Shown one piece after another: positions 8,934 to 18,747 of a stretch of DNA of 64,000 nt. The stretch spans positions 2,480,001-2,544,000 of the forward strand of contig OX337239.1 of assembly GCA_946965045.2 (NCBI GenBank). Reading direction: 5' to 3'. The notes beneath the pieces are model-generated. The model was not told where the DNA came from. It ran no database searches and saw nothing but the letters and a program-made list of their open reading frames with translations. This stretch comes from Epithemia pelagica. Taxonomy: Eukaryota; Protista; Bacillariophyta. The position numbers were made by a program, and so were the translations under genes. The first letter of the stretch is position 1; each line of letters opens with the position of its first letter.

Positions 8934-10898
8934 TCACAAAGTTTGGACGGATAGTTTGTTTCCACCACCACCACCACCACCACCACCTTGTGCTTTGGCC
9001 CACTCCAAGAGGGCTTCCGGAGATGGATACTTTTCGCGGACCTGACGTTCCAATACCGCCAGTCCATCTCGTCGTCGTTGTGTCGTCGTTGGACCCATGT
9101 GTTGGGTCGGGGGCTTGTGTTTGCGTTTCATGTTGTTGTCATGGGGACGTTGTCCTCGGTTTCGTTCGTGTTCCAACACCCGACTCGGTATGCGGCGAGG
9201 AGGATGCTGACCAAGCTCCCAATCATTCAAAAGATTTTCGGCAAGACTAGTTCCAGTGCCTTCTTCCCCCGGCAAGAACGACGAGGACGACGACACTACT
9301 GGCTGTATTGGGGGAGGAGCCACCACCAATCGTCCCAAGGAATTGTAAGCGTTGGGTACAATGCGACCATATCCCACATCCATCAACTCATCCAGTGGCG
9401 GCAAACGGGGCTTCTGGTTGTCGTCATTGTCATGATTCGTCCATGGATGGATTCCATGACGATACAAGAGGTAGGAGAACAAAAAGGCATCGTACACCGT
9501 GTAGTCTTCTGTTTGGTACAGCTCCCAAAAGTCTTGTGTGACAGTACGGACACGGGGATTGTGCAAATCCATTCCCATCCAAGTTGTTTGATAGACGGGT
9601 GCCTGTTTCCATGAATCTTGCTGTTGGTGGTGGTGGTGGTTGTTGTTGTTTGGATTCTGGTGATGGGTCTCTTGTTGTTGAATCAGTTCCAGTGTACGAG
9701 TCCATTCCTCGGAAAGATCATTCTCTTGGTTGTTGCTACTCTCCTGTTGCTCTTGCTGTTTCTCAATGTACTGTTGCAAATCTTGCAAGGTTGGAAATCG
9801 TGTGTCTCGATGCAAGGCCAAGCCAGTCGTCGTCCTGCTCATGGTTGCGCTTGTATCGCGTAAGCCTTGGTCCTCGACAAGCATGGTCTGTGCCAGATCC
9901 ACAAACACATGAGGTGGTGCAAGGGGTGAAAGAGACTCCAAAAAGGACAGAAAAAAGACAATGCGACAGTCCTGAACAATGCGTGGGTGTTGCCACGGTA
10001 CGTATTGACTCCATCGTTCCAACGTTTGCAAACTGACAGAACGAGAACCCACGTCGTCGTGAAACACAAAAGAAGAAAAAGAAGACGAGGGCGAATGTGA
10101 CTCTCGTGACAATTTCTTGTTGCTAAAAGTGTTGGTGGTAGTGGAGTTGGTAGAGTTGGTACCGTGTCTTTTTCGTAGTTGGGGTTGTTGGAGAATGGTC
10201 CATCCACGGGGTGGAGTCAGGGGTGGTATGTCGGTAAAGAGAAAGAACTTGGCATCCCATGACTTGTAATGGCTGTTCTGAGACGATTGTTGTTGGAGCA
10301 ATGAAAAGCGACGTCGAAATCGGTCCATGGGTTCTAGGTAATCCACTGTTGGATAACGCAAGGGTTCTTGGGCGGCATCGTCCTCAGCTATAGAGGTCAA
10401 GAAACAAATACTTGACGTTGTTGTAGGAGACCAAGAGCCACTTCGACAGGGGAGTGAGTCATCACGCAGCTCTCTCGTTTGTTGTCCATGAGCCTTGAAC
10501 GTGGCTTGTTTCGGCCGTGATTGCTGCTTGCCAAACAAGATCTTGTGCAATTCCTCGTCGTCCACCTTGCTGTGCTCAGAACGATCAGGTGGAAATTGTC
10601 GTAGCGACTCTGACGACCGCAACTCCCTAAATGAGGAATCTTCCGGATGGAATCGCAGGAACTCGCTGTGGGAAATGGTCCAAAACGAGCTGACGGAAAA
10701 CATCACGGTTCTAGATCCAAACAAAATGGCTCCTACCAAACAATACCCACGGAACAACGAGGGACAACTCATCTTGTTCTCACAGTTTCGTCGTTTATGC
10801 CCATTCGCGCGCTTCGATGAGTTGGTTGCTCTTGAAAGCGGCAACCGTATTGTTTGGGACCTAGTAGGATCCGTTGGTAGTGCTCTGGTGTCCGACAT
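8934..10898 (-). CDS. Type II membrane protein, divergent DUF616/TOD1-MUCI70-like glycosyltransferase fold
   Basis: N-terminal TM (GYCLVGAILFGSRTVMFSVSSFW). Blocks ICFLTSIA, FFLFTD..GW, PWQHPRIVQDCRIVFF and DFWELY resemble the diatom DUF616-like family as recalled; not searched. Confidence 0.55.
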   Translation of the reverse strand: MSDTRALPTDPTRSQTIRLPLSRATNSSKRANGHKRRNCENKMSCPSLFRGYCLVGAILFGSRTVMFSVSSFWTISHSEFLRFHPEDSSFRELRSSESLRQFPPDRSEHSKVDDEELHKILFGKQQSRPKQATFKAHGQQTRELRDDSLPCRSGSWSPTTTSSICFLTSIAEDDAAQEPLRYPTVDYLEPMDRFRRRFSLLQQQSSQNSHYKSWDAKFFLFTDIPPLTPPRGWTILQQPQLRKRHGTNSTNSTTTNTFSNKKLSRESHSPSSSFSSFVFHDDVGSRSVSLQTLERWSQYVPWQHPRIVQDCRIVFFLSFLESLSPLAPPHVFVDLAQTMLVEDQGLRDTSATMSRTTTGLALHRDTRFPTLQDLQQYIEKQQEQQESSNNQENDLSEEWTRTLELIQQQETHHQNPNNNNHHHHQQQDSWKQAPVYQTTWMGMDLHNPRVRTVTQDFWELYQTEDYTVYDAFLFSYLLYRHGIHPWTNHDNDDNQKPRLPPLDELMDVGYGRIVPNAYNSLGRLVVAPPPIQPVVSSSSSFLPGEEGTGTSLAENLLNDWELGQHPPRRIPSRVLEHERNRGQRPHDNNMKRKHKPPTQHMGPTTTQRRRDGLAVLERQVREKYPSPEALLEWAKAQGGGGGGGGGNKLSVQTL

Positions 10899-11050
10899 GT
10901 TTCGTCTTGATGTTGAAATCGATGTCGCCCTTGTCTCCGCTTCTCATGCTACTGGAAACGGGCTTGTTCAGTCCTCACTCGTTTCTCCTTCGTTCGTCGA
11001 TGTTTTGGTGTGTATTCAGTTTTTTGTGTGTCTCGTCGAGAGTTTGTTGG

Positions 11051-11401
11051 CATATTTTGTGGCATGGCACCTGGGGTGTAGGTCGTGTCCAACAAGTCTC
11101 AACGGTCGAAAAGTTTGGCGCGTGTCGTCCTTTTGTGCTATGTGTACTATCATCTACTCCTATATCAACCAGCAACCTGTAACCTGCAACTGCCCTAACG
11201 CTCTCTCTAGAGCCCTTGTCTCCGTTTCTCATGCTACAAAAGATGATGTGCTTTGGTGGAAACGGGCTTGTTCAGAGGGAGTGCTGTGGGTCGTTTCCTC
11301 ACTCTTTTCTCCTCTTCTTGCGTAGATTTTCGGTGCGTCGTCAATTTTGTGTCGTCGGGAGTCATATTTTGTGGCATGGCACCTGGGGTGTAGGTCGTGT
11401 C
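11051..11401. repeat. Identical 39-bp direct repeat pair in a divergent promoter region
   Basis: catattttgtggcatggcacctggggtgtaggtcgtgtc at 11051-11089 and 11363-11401. Confidence 0.95.
11120..11210. repeat. Dispersed 70-90 bp intergenic repeat, copy A (copy B at 14711-14780)
   Basis: Both copies start gcgtgtcgtccttttgtgctatgtg(t/g)actatcatcta, contain tatcaacc...tgcaac..tgccct and end ctctctag. Confidence 0.9.
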
Positions 11402-11466
11402 AACCAACTCTACCGACCTGTGGGTGGTCGTGACTGGATCATGGAGTCCCGGTCGTTGGGGGTCAT

Positions 11467-11539
11467 AGTCATTATCTAACCCCCAGCGGGGGTGGAAATT
11501 TAGTTATGAATAATCGTCCCCGCTGGGGGTAAGTCATTA
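11467..11539. repeat. Perfect 13-bp GC-rich inverted repeat flanked by an 8-bp direct repeat (possible miniature transposon remnant)
   Basis: acccccagcgggg (11479-11491) and ccccgctgggggt (11518-11530) with a 26-nt AT-rich loop; agtcatta at 11467-11474 and 11532-11539. Confidence 0.8.
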
Positions 11540-11754
11540 CCTCGTACACCACCTACTACCACTACCACCTGGGGAGGCTGAAATAAGAAATAGAAGCTTC
11601 GAAGACTTGCTTTCGTGACGACACGAATAAGCGAGACCACGAACCACGACGGAACCAGAGGACACACACCCAGAGAACGAAGAAAAACCGGCGGCGACAG
11701 ACCTTTGTACCCGGGGGTTACTCGGTGTCAACAGCCGCAGTTGTGGTCCCAACA

Positions 11755-13587
11755 ATGATGAAGGTGTTCCACCGGCCAAACAAACTCCAGAAGAAACTAC
11801 CACCATGTGCTGCTGCTCTCCAAAAACCATTGACCGCCGTGGTTTTGATGGCCATACTGTCCATCTGGATGGTTCAACTGCAGGCATCCTTTGTCATGAC
11901 ACACGACCTAGCAACCCTTTCCTCCTTTTCCGACACTACAACCACTGGCACCCACTTGTTGGGGCAAGGACCACATCTAATGACGCTTGACAACAGCAAC
12001 AAGACAACCCACAACCTACTAGTACCCATAAATGAGGCGTTGTTGTCACTGTCCACCCACGTTACCACCCTGAAAAACAATCGCAACCCGTCGTCTCATT
12101 CCCACTCGGTCGTATCATTCGTTCCTCCTGCCACAGTCGAGAACGCCCTTGCTTTCCAATCTTGGAATGCGAGTAGTGCTACTTCACCTAATGATGATGG
12201 CGATCCGATCATACCAAGGTTTCTTTTCAACTATACTGAGGCAAAAAAGATTGGTTGCTGCAATACCAGTCGTGTTTGTTTCTTCACGTGCTATACCCAA
12301 GCAGCCTGTGACGATTCATCTCTGTATCCCTTTGCCTCGGTTGCGGAACAAGAGTGGTTTCAACCCGCTCCGGGACAACAACAGGAACTTCGACTCTTTT
12401 GCAACCAGTACATGGACCAGGACCCGGTACATCATCCCGACCATCCAACCAAAAATGACAACAAGAAGAATTCGACGACAACAATGGCGGAAGGCTCGAC
12501 GAGGACAGATTGGTGTCCCTTCTCCACTACGGCAACAGATCGCAACCGCACGGCAACAACGACATCCACCAAAATCGAGTTACTATCCAAGATTCCCATG
12601 GGATGCAGTAAATTTTCTATGGGTGGACGATCCGGTCCCTTTGATCGCACATTTCTCATTCCACGAGGCAAGCTTGTCATTTGTGGAATCCCCAAGGTGG
12701 GCATTACGCAATGGTTCAAGTTTGCCCGGTTCCTTTTGGGTGCAGCCGATTATCAGAGCATTCCCTGGATCAAACAAGATTTGTCTTCCTTCTTCTTGGA
12801 TAAATTACCCCGGCATCGACAAGAAGAAATCTTGAGCAGTCCGGAATGGACGAGGGCCGTCTTTTTTCGAGATCCAGCCGAACGTCTCTTGTCGGCCTAC
12901 TTGGACAAAGTCGTGGGAACCACACATCGATTGCAGCGACGACAAAATGGCCAAAACGTCGACACCACCACCACCACCAACATCACCACCCCCAGCTTTG
13001 CGCAATGGATCGAGTCCTTGGTAAACGAAACGTCTCAGCGTTGTCCGGACCGTCGTGGTCCGTCGTGGTGTTGGAATCCCCATTGGCGTCCCCAAGTATA
13101 TTCCTGTGGTATAAAACCACACACGACACATTCCTCTTTCTTGCCTCTGTTTGAATTTGTCGGAAGCTTGTCGCAGGCTGCCAATCACAGCAAGGCCTTG
13201 CTTCAAAAAGTAGGATTGTGGGACGACCATGGTGCGCACTACATTTCTTCACCCAAGGCACGAGGATGTAATGCACTCCCACCCAATCCCCACACACTGT
13301 TCCCCCACCAACCTGGTGTTTCGGCTCCTCTTGGCTTTCAACAAAGCAGTCGGGGCAAGCACGATAGTCACACGAAGGGATCTCAAAACAAAATGGATGA
13401 GTATTACACACCAGAACTGTTGGCCGTGGTCCAACAATTGTATCACCAAGATTATGAGGTCTGGAATGCCTTGCAACACCAACAAAATGAGGGAAGATGG
13501 GTTTCGGGTCACGTCTTGCAAGAACAACTCAGTTCACAACATTGCCCTACGTCTGCGACGGCACCTGTGTCAGTGGTAACAGCATGA
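11755..13587 (+). CDS. Golgi carbohydrate sulfotransferase (Sulfotransfer_2 / CHST-HNK1ST-like)
   Basis: TM anchor (AVVLMAILSIWMVQL); 5'-PAPS motif ICGIPKVGITQW; 3'-PAPS motif FFRDPAERLLSAYLDK; NPHWRPQ; FEFVG; YHQDY. First ATG at 11755. Confidence 0.9.
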   Translation: MMKVFHRPNKLQKKLPPCAAALQKPLTAVVLMAILSIWMVQLQASFVMTHDLATLSSFSDTTTTGTHLLGQGPHLMTLDNSNKTTHNLLVPINEALLSLSTHVTTLKNNRNPSSHSHSVVSFVPPATVENALAFQSWNASSATSPNDDGDPIIPRFLFNYTEAKKIGCCNTSRVCFFTCYTQAACDDSSLYPFASVAEQEWFQPAPGQQQELRLFCNQYMDQDPVHHPDHPTKNDNKKNSTTTMAEGSTRTDWCPFSTTATDRNRTATTTSTKIELLSKIPMGCSKFSMGGRSGPFDRTFLIPRGKLVICGIPKVGITQWFKFARFLLGAADYQSIPWIKQDLSSFFLDKLPRHRQEEILSSPEWTRAVFFRDPAERLLSAYLDKVVGTTHRLQRRQNGQNVDTTTTTNITTPSFAQWIESLVNETSQRCPDRRGPSWCWNPHWRPQVYSCGIKPHTTHSSFLPLFEFVGSLSQAANHSKALLQKVGLWDDHGAHYISSPKARGCNALPPNPHTLFPHQPGVSAPLGFQQSSRGKHDSHTKGSQNKMDEYYTPELLAVVQQLYHQDYEVWNALQHQQNEGRWVSGHVLQEQLSSQHCPTSATAPVSVVTA

Positions 13588-14710
13588 AATGGATTGCATC
13601 TTAGAACACAAAAAACACACCGCCGAAATGATTGTCCTTGGGTATGAGTCCTTTTGGAAGGAATCCAAGGTACCGGTTGGTGGGAAGCCAAACCATTTTG
13701 ACGGATTCCATGAAACAGACCCAATGGCACTCCTGGGTAGACCCAAAGAGTCCTTCTTGGTGAAGGAACGGCAGACTGGAGGACGTACTACTTAGTGCCA
13801 GTGAATGGCAGAAAAGGCTTTACGTAACGGTTCTTGGACCTTGAAGTCTACCCGCATAGACAATCGACTATCTCAAGACTCCTCATACTCCTACTCCCAC
13901 TCCTAGTAGATCAAATAGACGAACAACAGGAATAGGAGTGTGGAGTGTGGACAAAGACAGACACGACATCTACATTTGCGTAACAACGAGCCGTTTCGAC
14001 GGTGGCTCCCCAATTCACATAGGAGAGAGATCGAAATGATTTCGTTCTTTTCCTCATTTGTCCTGTTCTGTAAACGTTGCTGTTGCGAATGATGAATATT
14101 GTCGCTACCTGGTCCATGATGTCTGGTTAAACTCGTGAAAACAGACTTGCCATGAGTGGTTATTTGTTATGGGTGTGGTTCCTGAACAAGTGAGGAATTC
14201 CCACGGGCATTGGAACTAGACGAAGACGACAAGGAAGCGTCGAGAAGAGCAATGCGATCAATCATGGAGACATGGAACAGTACCAAATCAAAACTTTCGC
14301 GGACCGGTTTTGGCAGCAAAGCCTGAAACACCCCGAGCCCGAGCAGCATCACATGTAGCACTACCGTAATGTACTAGTAGGAATTGTTGGTAGTTTCTCT
14401 CATAAGTATACTTGTCGATGCTCTGTAGAGATGAAATATCCTTGACCGCAGAGACCAAACGACGATCAAGAGCAGGAGGTCGTTACTCGAAGAATCACTA
14501 TGGAAGGCTCATTGTCTTGTATCTCCCTCTCCTTTGCGTAGTCACCATTCGGATGATGGTATGGGGTATGAAGAGATCTCACCAAGGACACCATTCTCAA
14601 TGTTGAAAACAAGCCATGGGAGTTTGTGAGCAGGGCTTTGCGCCATGAGAAATGAGAATTGTATTGTAGGTGTCTCTCCATGAAGCAATCCCATCAAGTG
14701 TCATTCTCAG

Positions 14711-14780
14711 GCGTGTCGTCCTTTTGTGCTATGTGGACTATCATCTATATCAACCTGCAACCTGCCCTTTGGCTCTCTAG
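14711..14780. repeat. Dispersed intergenic repeat, copy B (copy A at 11120-11210)
   Basis: Aligns by eye to 11120-11210 with two small deletions. Confidence 0.9.
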
Positions 14781-15808
14781 GAGTAATGCTTTCGCAAAGA
14801 ATGGTGGTCCTCTCCAGGACTACCAGTAAAATGTTCCACTGGAGTAACACGATGCCACAATGGACCTACAGACTGACTTCTCCTTTGGAATGTCTTTGAC
14901 ACGCGGTTGAGAGTGCTGGTATATGGATTGTGATCTCTGTTTTGACTGGAACGAAGTGATTCGGAAACAAGCACTACCGGTAGTAGGCTCGTGATATAAA
15001 AAATATACAAAATGAAACCACTGATCATTCCGGACAGAGTCTAGATATAATCGTTCGGTGATTGGAAGGCTCTTCAAGGTCTCCTTCTCTCGTCCAAGAG
15101 TTCCAAACCATGATCGGTCTCACTTTCTCACGTCTCGTACTTTGTCTTTGGGCTTTCAATGGCTACGATGAGTGTTGTATCAGCATGAAGAAGAAACATG
15201 GGCTTGGCATGAGCATCTGTATAACTTGCATCCATTCCTCATCACATGGACAGGACGAGGGCAGTGGCATACGGGCAGTCCCCAAACGGTATGATTTTGA
15301 TTGGGTAGGATGTGCCGGCCCAACCGTCAGAACAGAAGCGGGTTGGGATCTCTATTACCCTAATCGGATTTCTAATCGGATTTCTACTAGTTTGGGCATA
15401 TTTCCAGGTCGCAGATATTTGATTCAAATTCGTCGTCAAAGAACCTCACGGAGTATTTTCAAAATATTTTGTATTGCCCGCGAGTGAGTGATAGAAAGAG
15501 GTTTTTGTTGCCAGTACGATTAGCTGAAGATTGCTATTGCCCCTAACCATTCACCAGAGCCTCATGCCAAACGGCTTGAATAAGACTTACAATTGCCTCA
15601 AATGACCTTGTTGAGCCTCATGACGTTGGGCTAAGCAAGCCCTGACAATTCCAAGGTTCCGGTTTCCAATAAATTCCGAAATAAATTGTGACCAAAGAGA
15701 CAATGAGAAGGCGAAAAGTCTCCACAAAGTGAGCACAGAGAGATTCAAGCAGGATAAAGCCTGTTCATTTTGTGGCAAAGAACTGCTGCCATCTCCAACC
15801 AATCGAGC

Positions 15809-16969
15809 ATGGCTGAACTTGGCGAGTCATTGACTCATCACGACATCCATTACACCAAACAACAAGATCGAATCGTTGCCGGCCTCAAGAAAGGTGCTGG
15901 ATCGTCCCTGCTGGCTCGACCCATGACGAGCGAAACGGAATTTTCCACCACGAGCGATGAAGCTTCGGTGGTTGGTTCTTCCACAACAACCAAGGCTCAA
16001 CACGAAACCTTTCACGATGAACCATTGCCCTCGCTCCGACGTTCGATAACGGGATCGTCGTCGACACGAAAACTAGTGGTTGCACCATCTTTGCAACAAC
16101 CGCAAAGTTCGGTTGGGAGCACCGCAACTACTTCTACGACTACTAGTAGTACGCGACGAATGTCGGGAAATCTCATGGAGGCCAAACCAGGGTCGTTACC
16201 CAAATACCGTCACCCTTCCTGCGAAGAAATAACATCTTTGATGATGAATCGTCAAAACAATCATCATGCACATCCATCCCAGTCTACTTCCATGGCGTCC
16301 CTTCCTGTCACTCCTTCGTCTCCTGCAGCAGAGCGAAAACGACTTCTTCTCCGAATGAATGGTTTGCGTAGAATTCCTTCGTCACCACGTCGTTTCTCAC
16401 AGGATGGAGCGTCTCCCTTTGGTGATCACGCACATACATCCGCAACAGTGCCACCACCATCCTTTGTGGACATTGTGTTGACCAGCGACCTGTTGCTGCA
16501 GGAAGTTCGGGCATCCATGGCGCTACGGAAAACCCAAGAGGCCATTCTTCAACAAAGCATTCGCGTCCACGACGATCGTGCTCATGCGCGGTTTCTTTCC
16601 GGAAATCGAGCGGGTGCCCTCATATCGGTCAAACGAACATTGAAATTAGAAGCACGACAATCCCAGTTAGAAGAGGCAATTCGCTATTTGAAATCAGTCG
16701 AAAAAGAAATCGTGAGGATTGCCGATAAGGCAACGCAGATTTCGTCCTCTCTCGACGGAATCGATCACGATAGAGGAACGAGCAACAAAGAAGCCCACTC
16801 CTTTTTGTCAACTAAGCACTTGTCATTATCGGTAGATCTGGCACAGTTCAGCAATATATCGGAAGATGTGGAGAAAATCCTGTCGAGGGAGAATGACTCT
16901 CTAGCCAACTCGCGTGTCGCCTATTCGGAAGAAGACCTGTTGGAACGTCTCCGATATGCTAGTTTTTAA
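15809..16969 (+). CDS. Hypothetical protein: S/T/P-rich N-terminus, C-terminal coiled coil with weak Snf7/ESCRT-III-like pattern
   Basis: Long ORF from ATG 15809. Helical segment ARFLSGNRAGALISVKRTLKLEARQSQLEEAI loosely recalls Snf7 'K..AL..LKRKK..E'; the family call is weak. Confidence 0.65.
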   Translation: MAELGESLTHHDIHYTKQQDRIVAGLKKGAGSSLLARPMTSETEFSTTSDEASVVGSSTTTKAQHETFHDEPLPSLRRSITGSSSTRKLVVAPSLQQPQSSVGSTATTSTTTSSTRRMSGNLMEAKPGSLPKYRHPSCEEITSLMMNRQNNHHAHPSQSTSMASLPVTPSSPAAERKRLLLRMNGLRRIPSSPRRFSQDGASPFGDHAHTSATVPPPSFVDIVLTSDLLLQEVRASMALRKTQEAILQQSIRVHDDRAHARFLSGNRAGALISVKRTLKLEARQSQLEEAIRYLKSVEKEIVRIADKATQISSSLDGIDHDRGTSNKEAHSFLSTKHLSLSVDLAQFSNISEDVEKILSRENDSLANSRVAYSEEDLLERLRYASF

Positions 16970-17398
16970 TACTCTTGTGCGTGTTTGTTGCTCGAGTGCA
17001 CGGGGCGCTTGGGAACGCAGCAATTTCCTTCATGACAAACCATGAAGGACAAGTCGCTGTTAAATCATGGCAATCGTGTCATTGCAGATAGGAAGAAGCA
17101 TAAAAAAATCTGTCACTGGTAATACGGAAAACAAAACCCTGTTGAAGAGAAGACAGAAGAAGGAATGGAACTGCTCTTTCTCCTAGACATTTATGGGCCC
17201 AGCTGGAGGTATGATAGAACAGCTAATAGAAAAATAGGAAGGAAACATCATCATATCTCATCCTACAGTTTTCTTGTTTCGTTTATCTCGCTTGACCCGA
17301 AACGCCAGATTGCAAGAAATCAACTGATATCATGGCGTTCCATTTGCTCGAGTAGAGTTATGGTAAACACGTTTGTATGGCATGGACCAATCCTGTAT

Positions 17399-17920
17399 CT
17401 ATTCTGTTATAAACTCGCCATCCGTTTTGAAGCTAGTGCTTTCCAAGGTTCCACCCGATTCCTTAAAGTGGGCCCAGAGTTGGTAGTGCGGTTGTGCTTT
17501 GTGATGATCAATGGCCGCGGCATTCTCATACAGCTCATAAAAAAAGAATTCATTGGGTGCATCTTGACTGCGCAACACATCAAATCGAATACAACCGGGC
17601 TCCTTGCGGGTTTCGCGGGCGTTGGTTTCAATCATGGTCAAAAATTCTGCCATGCGACTGGGTTCCACAGTGGCCTTGACAATGACACAAAAGTTCCTTT
17701 CTTTTTCGTCGTCGTTGTCATCGTTGTCATTTGCGGCCATGAACAACCCGGAAGAGAAGGACAATGATGGTGACGAGGACGTGGCAATAGAAGGATTCGT
17801 CACCAGAGGAGCCGTGGGGGTCAAGGACAGGAATGCAGAGGCCCCTCTGTAAAACACACACACTACTAGAAAAAGAAGCCGAGTGCTTGCGACAGCGAAG
17901 GAGGAGTGCAACACAGTCAT
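17399..17920 (-). CDS. Plastid-targeted antibiotic-biosynthesis-monooxygenase (ABM/LsrG-like) domain protein
   Basis: Signal peptide ending GASA-FLSL (ASAFAP-type); ABM motif KEPGCIRFDVLRSQDAPNEFFFYELYENAAAIDHHKAQPHY. Confidence 0.9.
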   Translation of the reverse strand: MTVLHSSFAVASTRLLFLVVCVFYRGASAFLSLTPTAPLVTNPSIATSSSPSLSFSSGLFMAANDNDDNDDEKERNFCVIVKATVEPSRMAEFLTMIETNARETRKEPGCIRFDVLRSQDAPNEFFFYELYENAAAIDHHKAQPHYQLWAHFKESGGTLESTSFKTDGEFITE

Positions 17921-18668
17921 GCTGATTCTTTCAATGAATACAACGTCAAAATCTCAAGACCAAAGCAATGGGATCTAAATTTTTTCGGTTGCTTCTTGTC
18001 AATTCCCATTGTGGCAATCTTTTTGTGCGACAGATATTGCTTCAACCTCGATCGCTCCGCCCGGCGACAGACAGATCGGGGACAGGCCCCACCGAGCACA
18101 ATTCCACGGGGCTATACTATTTTGAAATGAAACTACGACTTGATCAATATCAATGATCAATGAGAAGTTTGGACGAAGAGAATGAGAAAAGATTTAACGA
18201 ATAATTTTCGTTGGATAGGCACAGCCCACGCTGATAGTCATAGGCCCATTCAAATCAACGAATAAACCGCAGCCCTTTCCTTTGCTCCGGTATTGATTCT
18301 GGTTGGGACTTTTTCCGAACGGGGGATACAATAATATTGTTATTGGGCCCACCCTCACTCACACACACACGCGGTAGTGCCCACAAACACAAAGGGAGTT
18401 GCGTGCGACGAAAAACATGGACATGACCTCTTTGTCGTCTCCTCGTTTCATTGGTAGTGCACATTTACAACATCGAAAACAGGAAACAATAAGAAAGGCA
18501 AGGCCATCCTCGTCGTCCTAAACGATCCAAGAAAACGTCGGTGTTGGTTGGAAGAATCGTTGATTTCTTCACACAAAACTCCATCCGCTGTGCGCGGTGA
18601 GAGCCATCCACACTCGGTACTGCACCGTACGGGTCTCGTATTGTGCGTTCTTGAGAGTGAATTGCTTC

Positions 18669-18670
<2 letters not shown>

Positions 18671-18706
<36 letters not shown>
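18671..18706. repeat. (GTT)12 microsatellite about 40 nt upstream of the 18748 ATG
   Basis: Perfect trinucleotide run read directly. Confidence 0.95.
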
Positions 18707-18708
<2 letters not shown>

Positions 18709-18747
18709 CGTATCTGTGTGCTATACCCCATACTACACAAGAACAAA

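Noticed and set aside
11120-14780. Helitron interpretation of the repeats ending in CTAG
   Set aside because: No subterminal hairpin, no 5' TC and the 3' flank is not T.
13589-15487. Short ORFs and protein-like fragments (e.g. EEFPRALELDEDDKEASRRAM near 14190)
   Set aside because: Interrupted by stops, with no consistent splice model or family motif; may be a decayed gene but cannot be supported.
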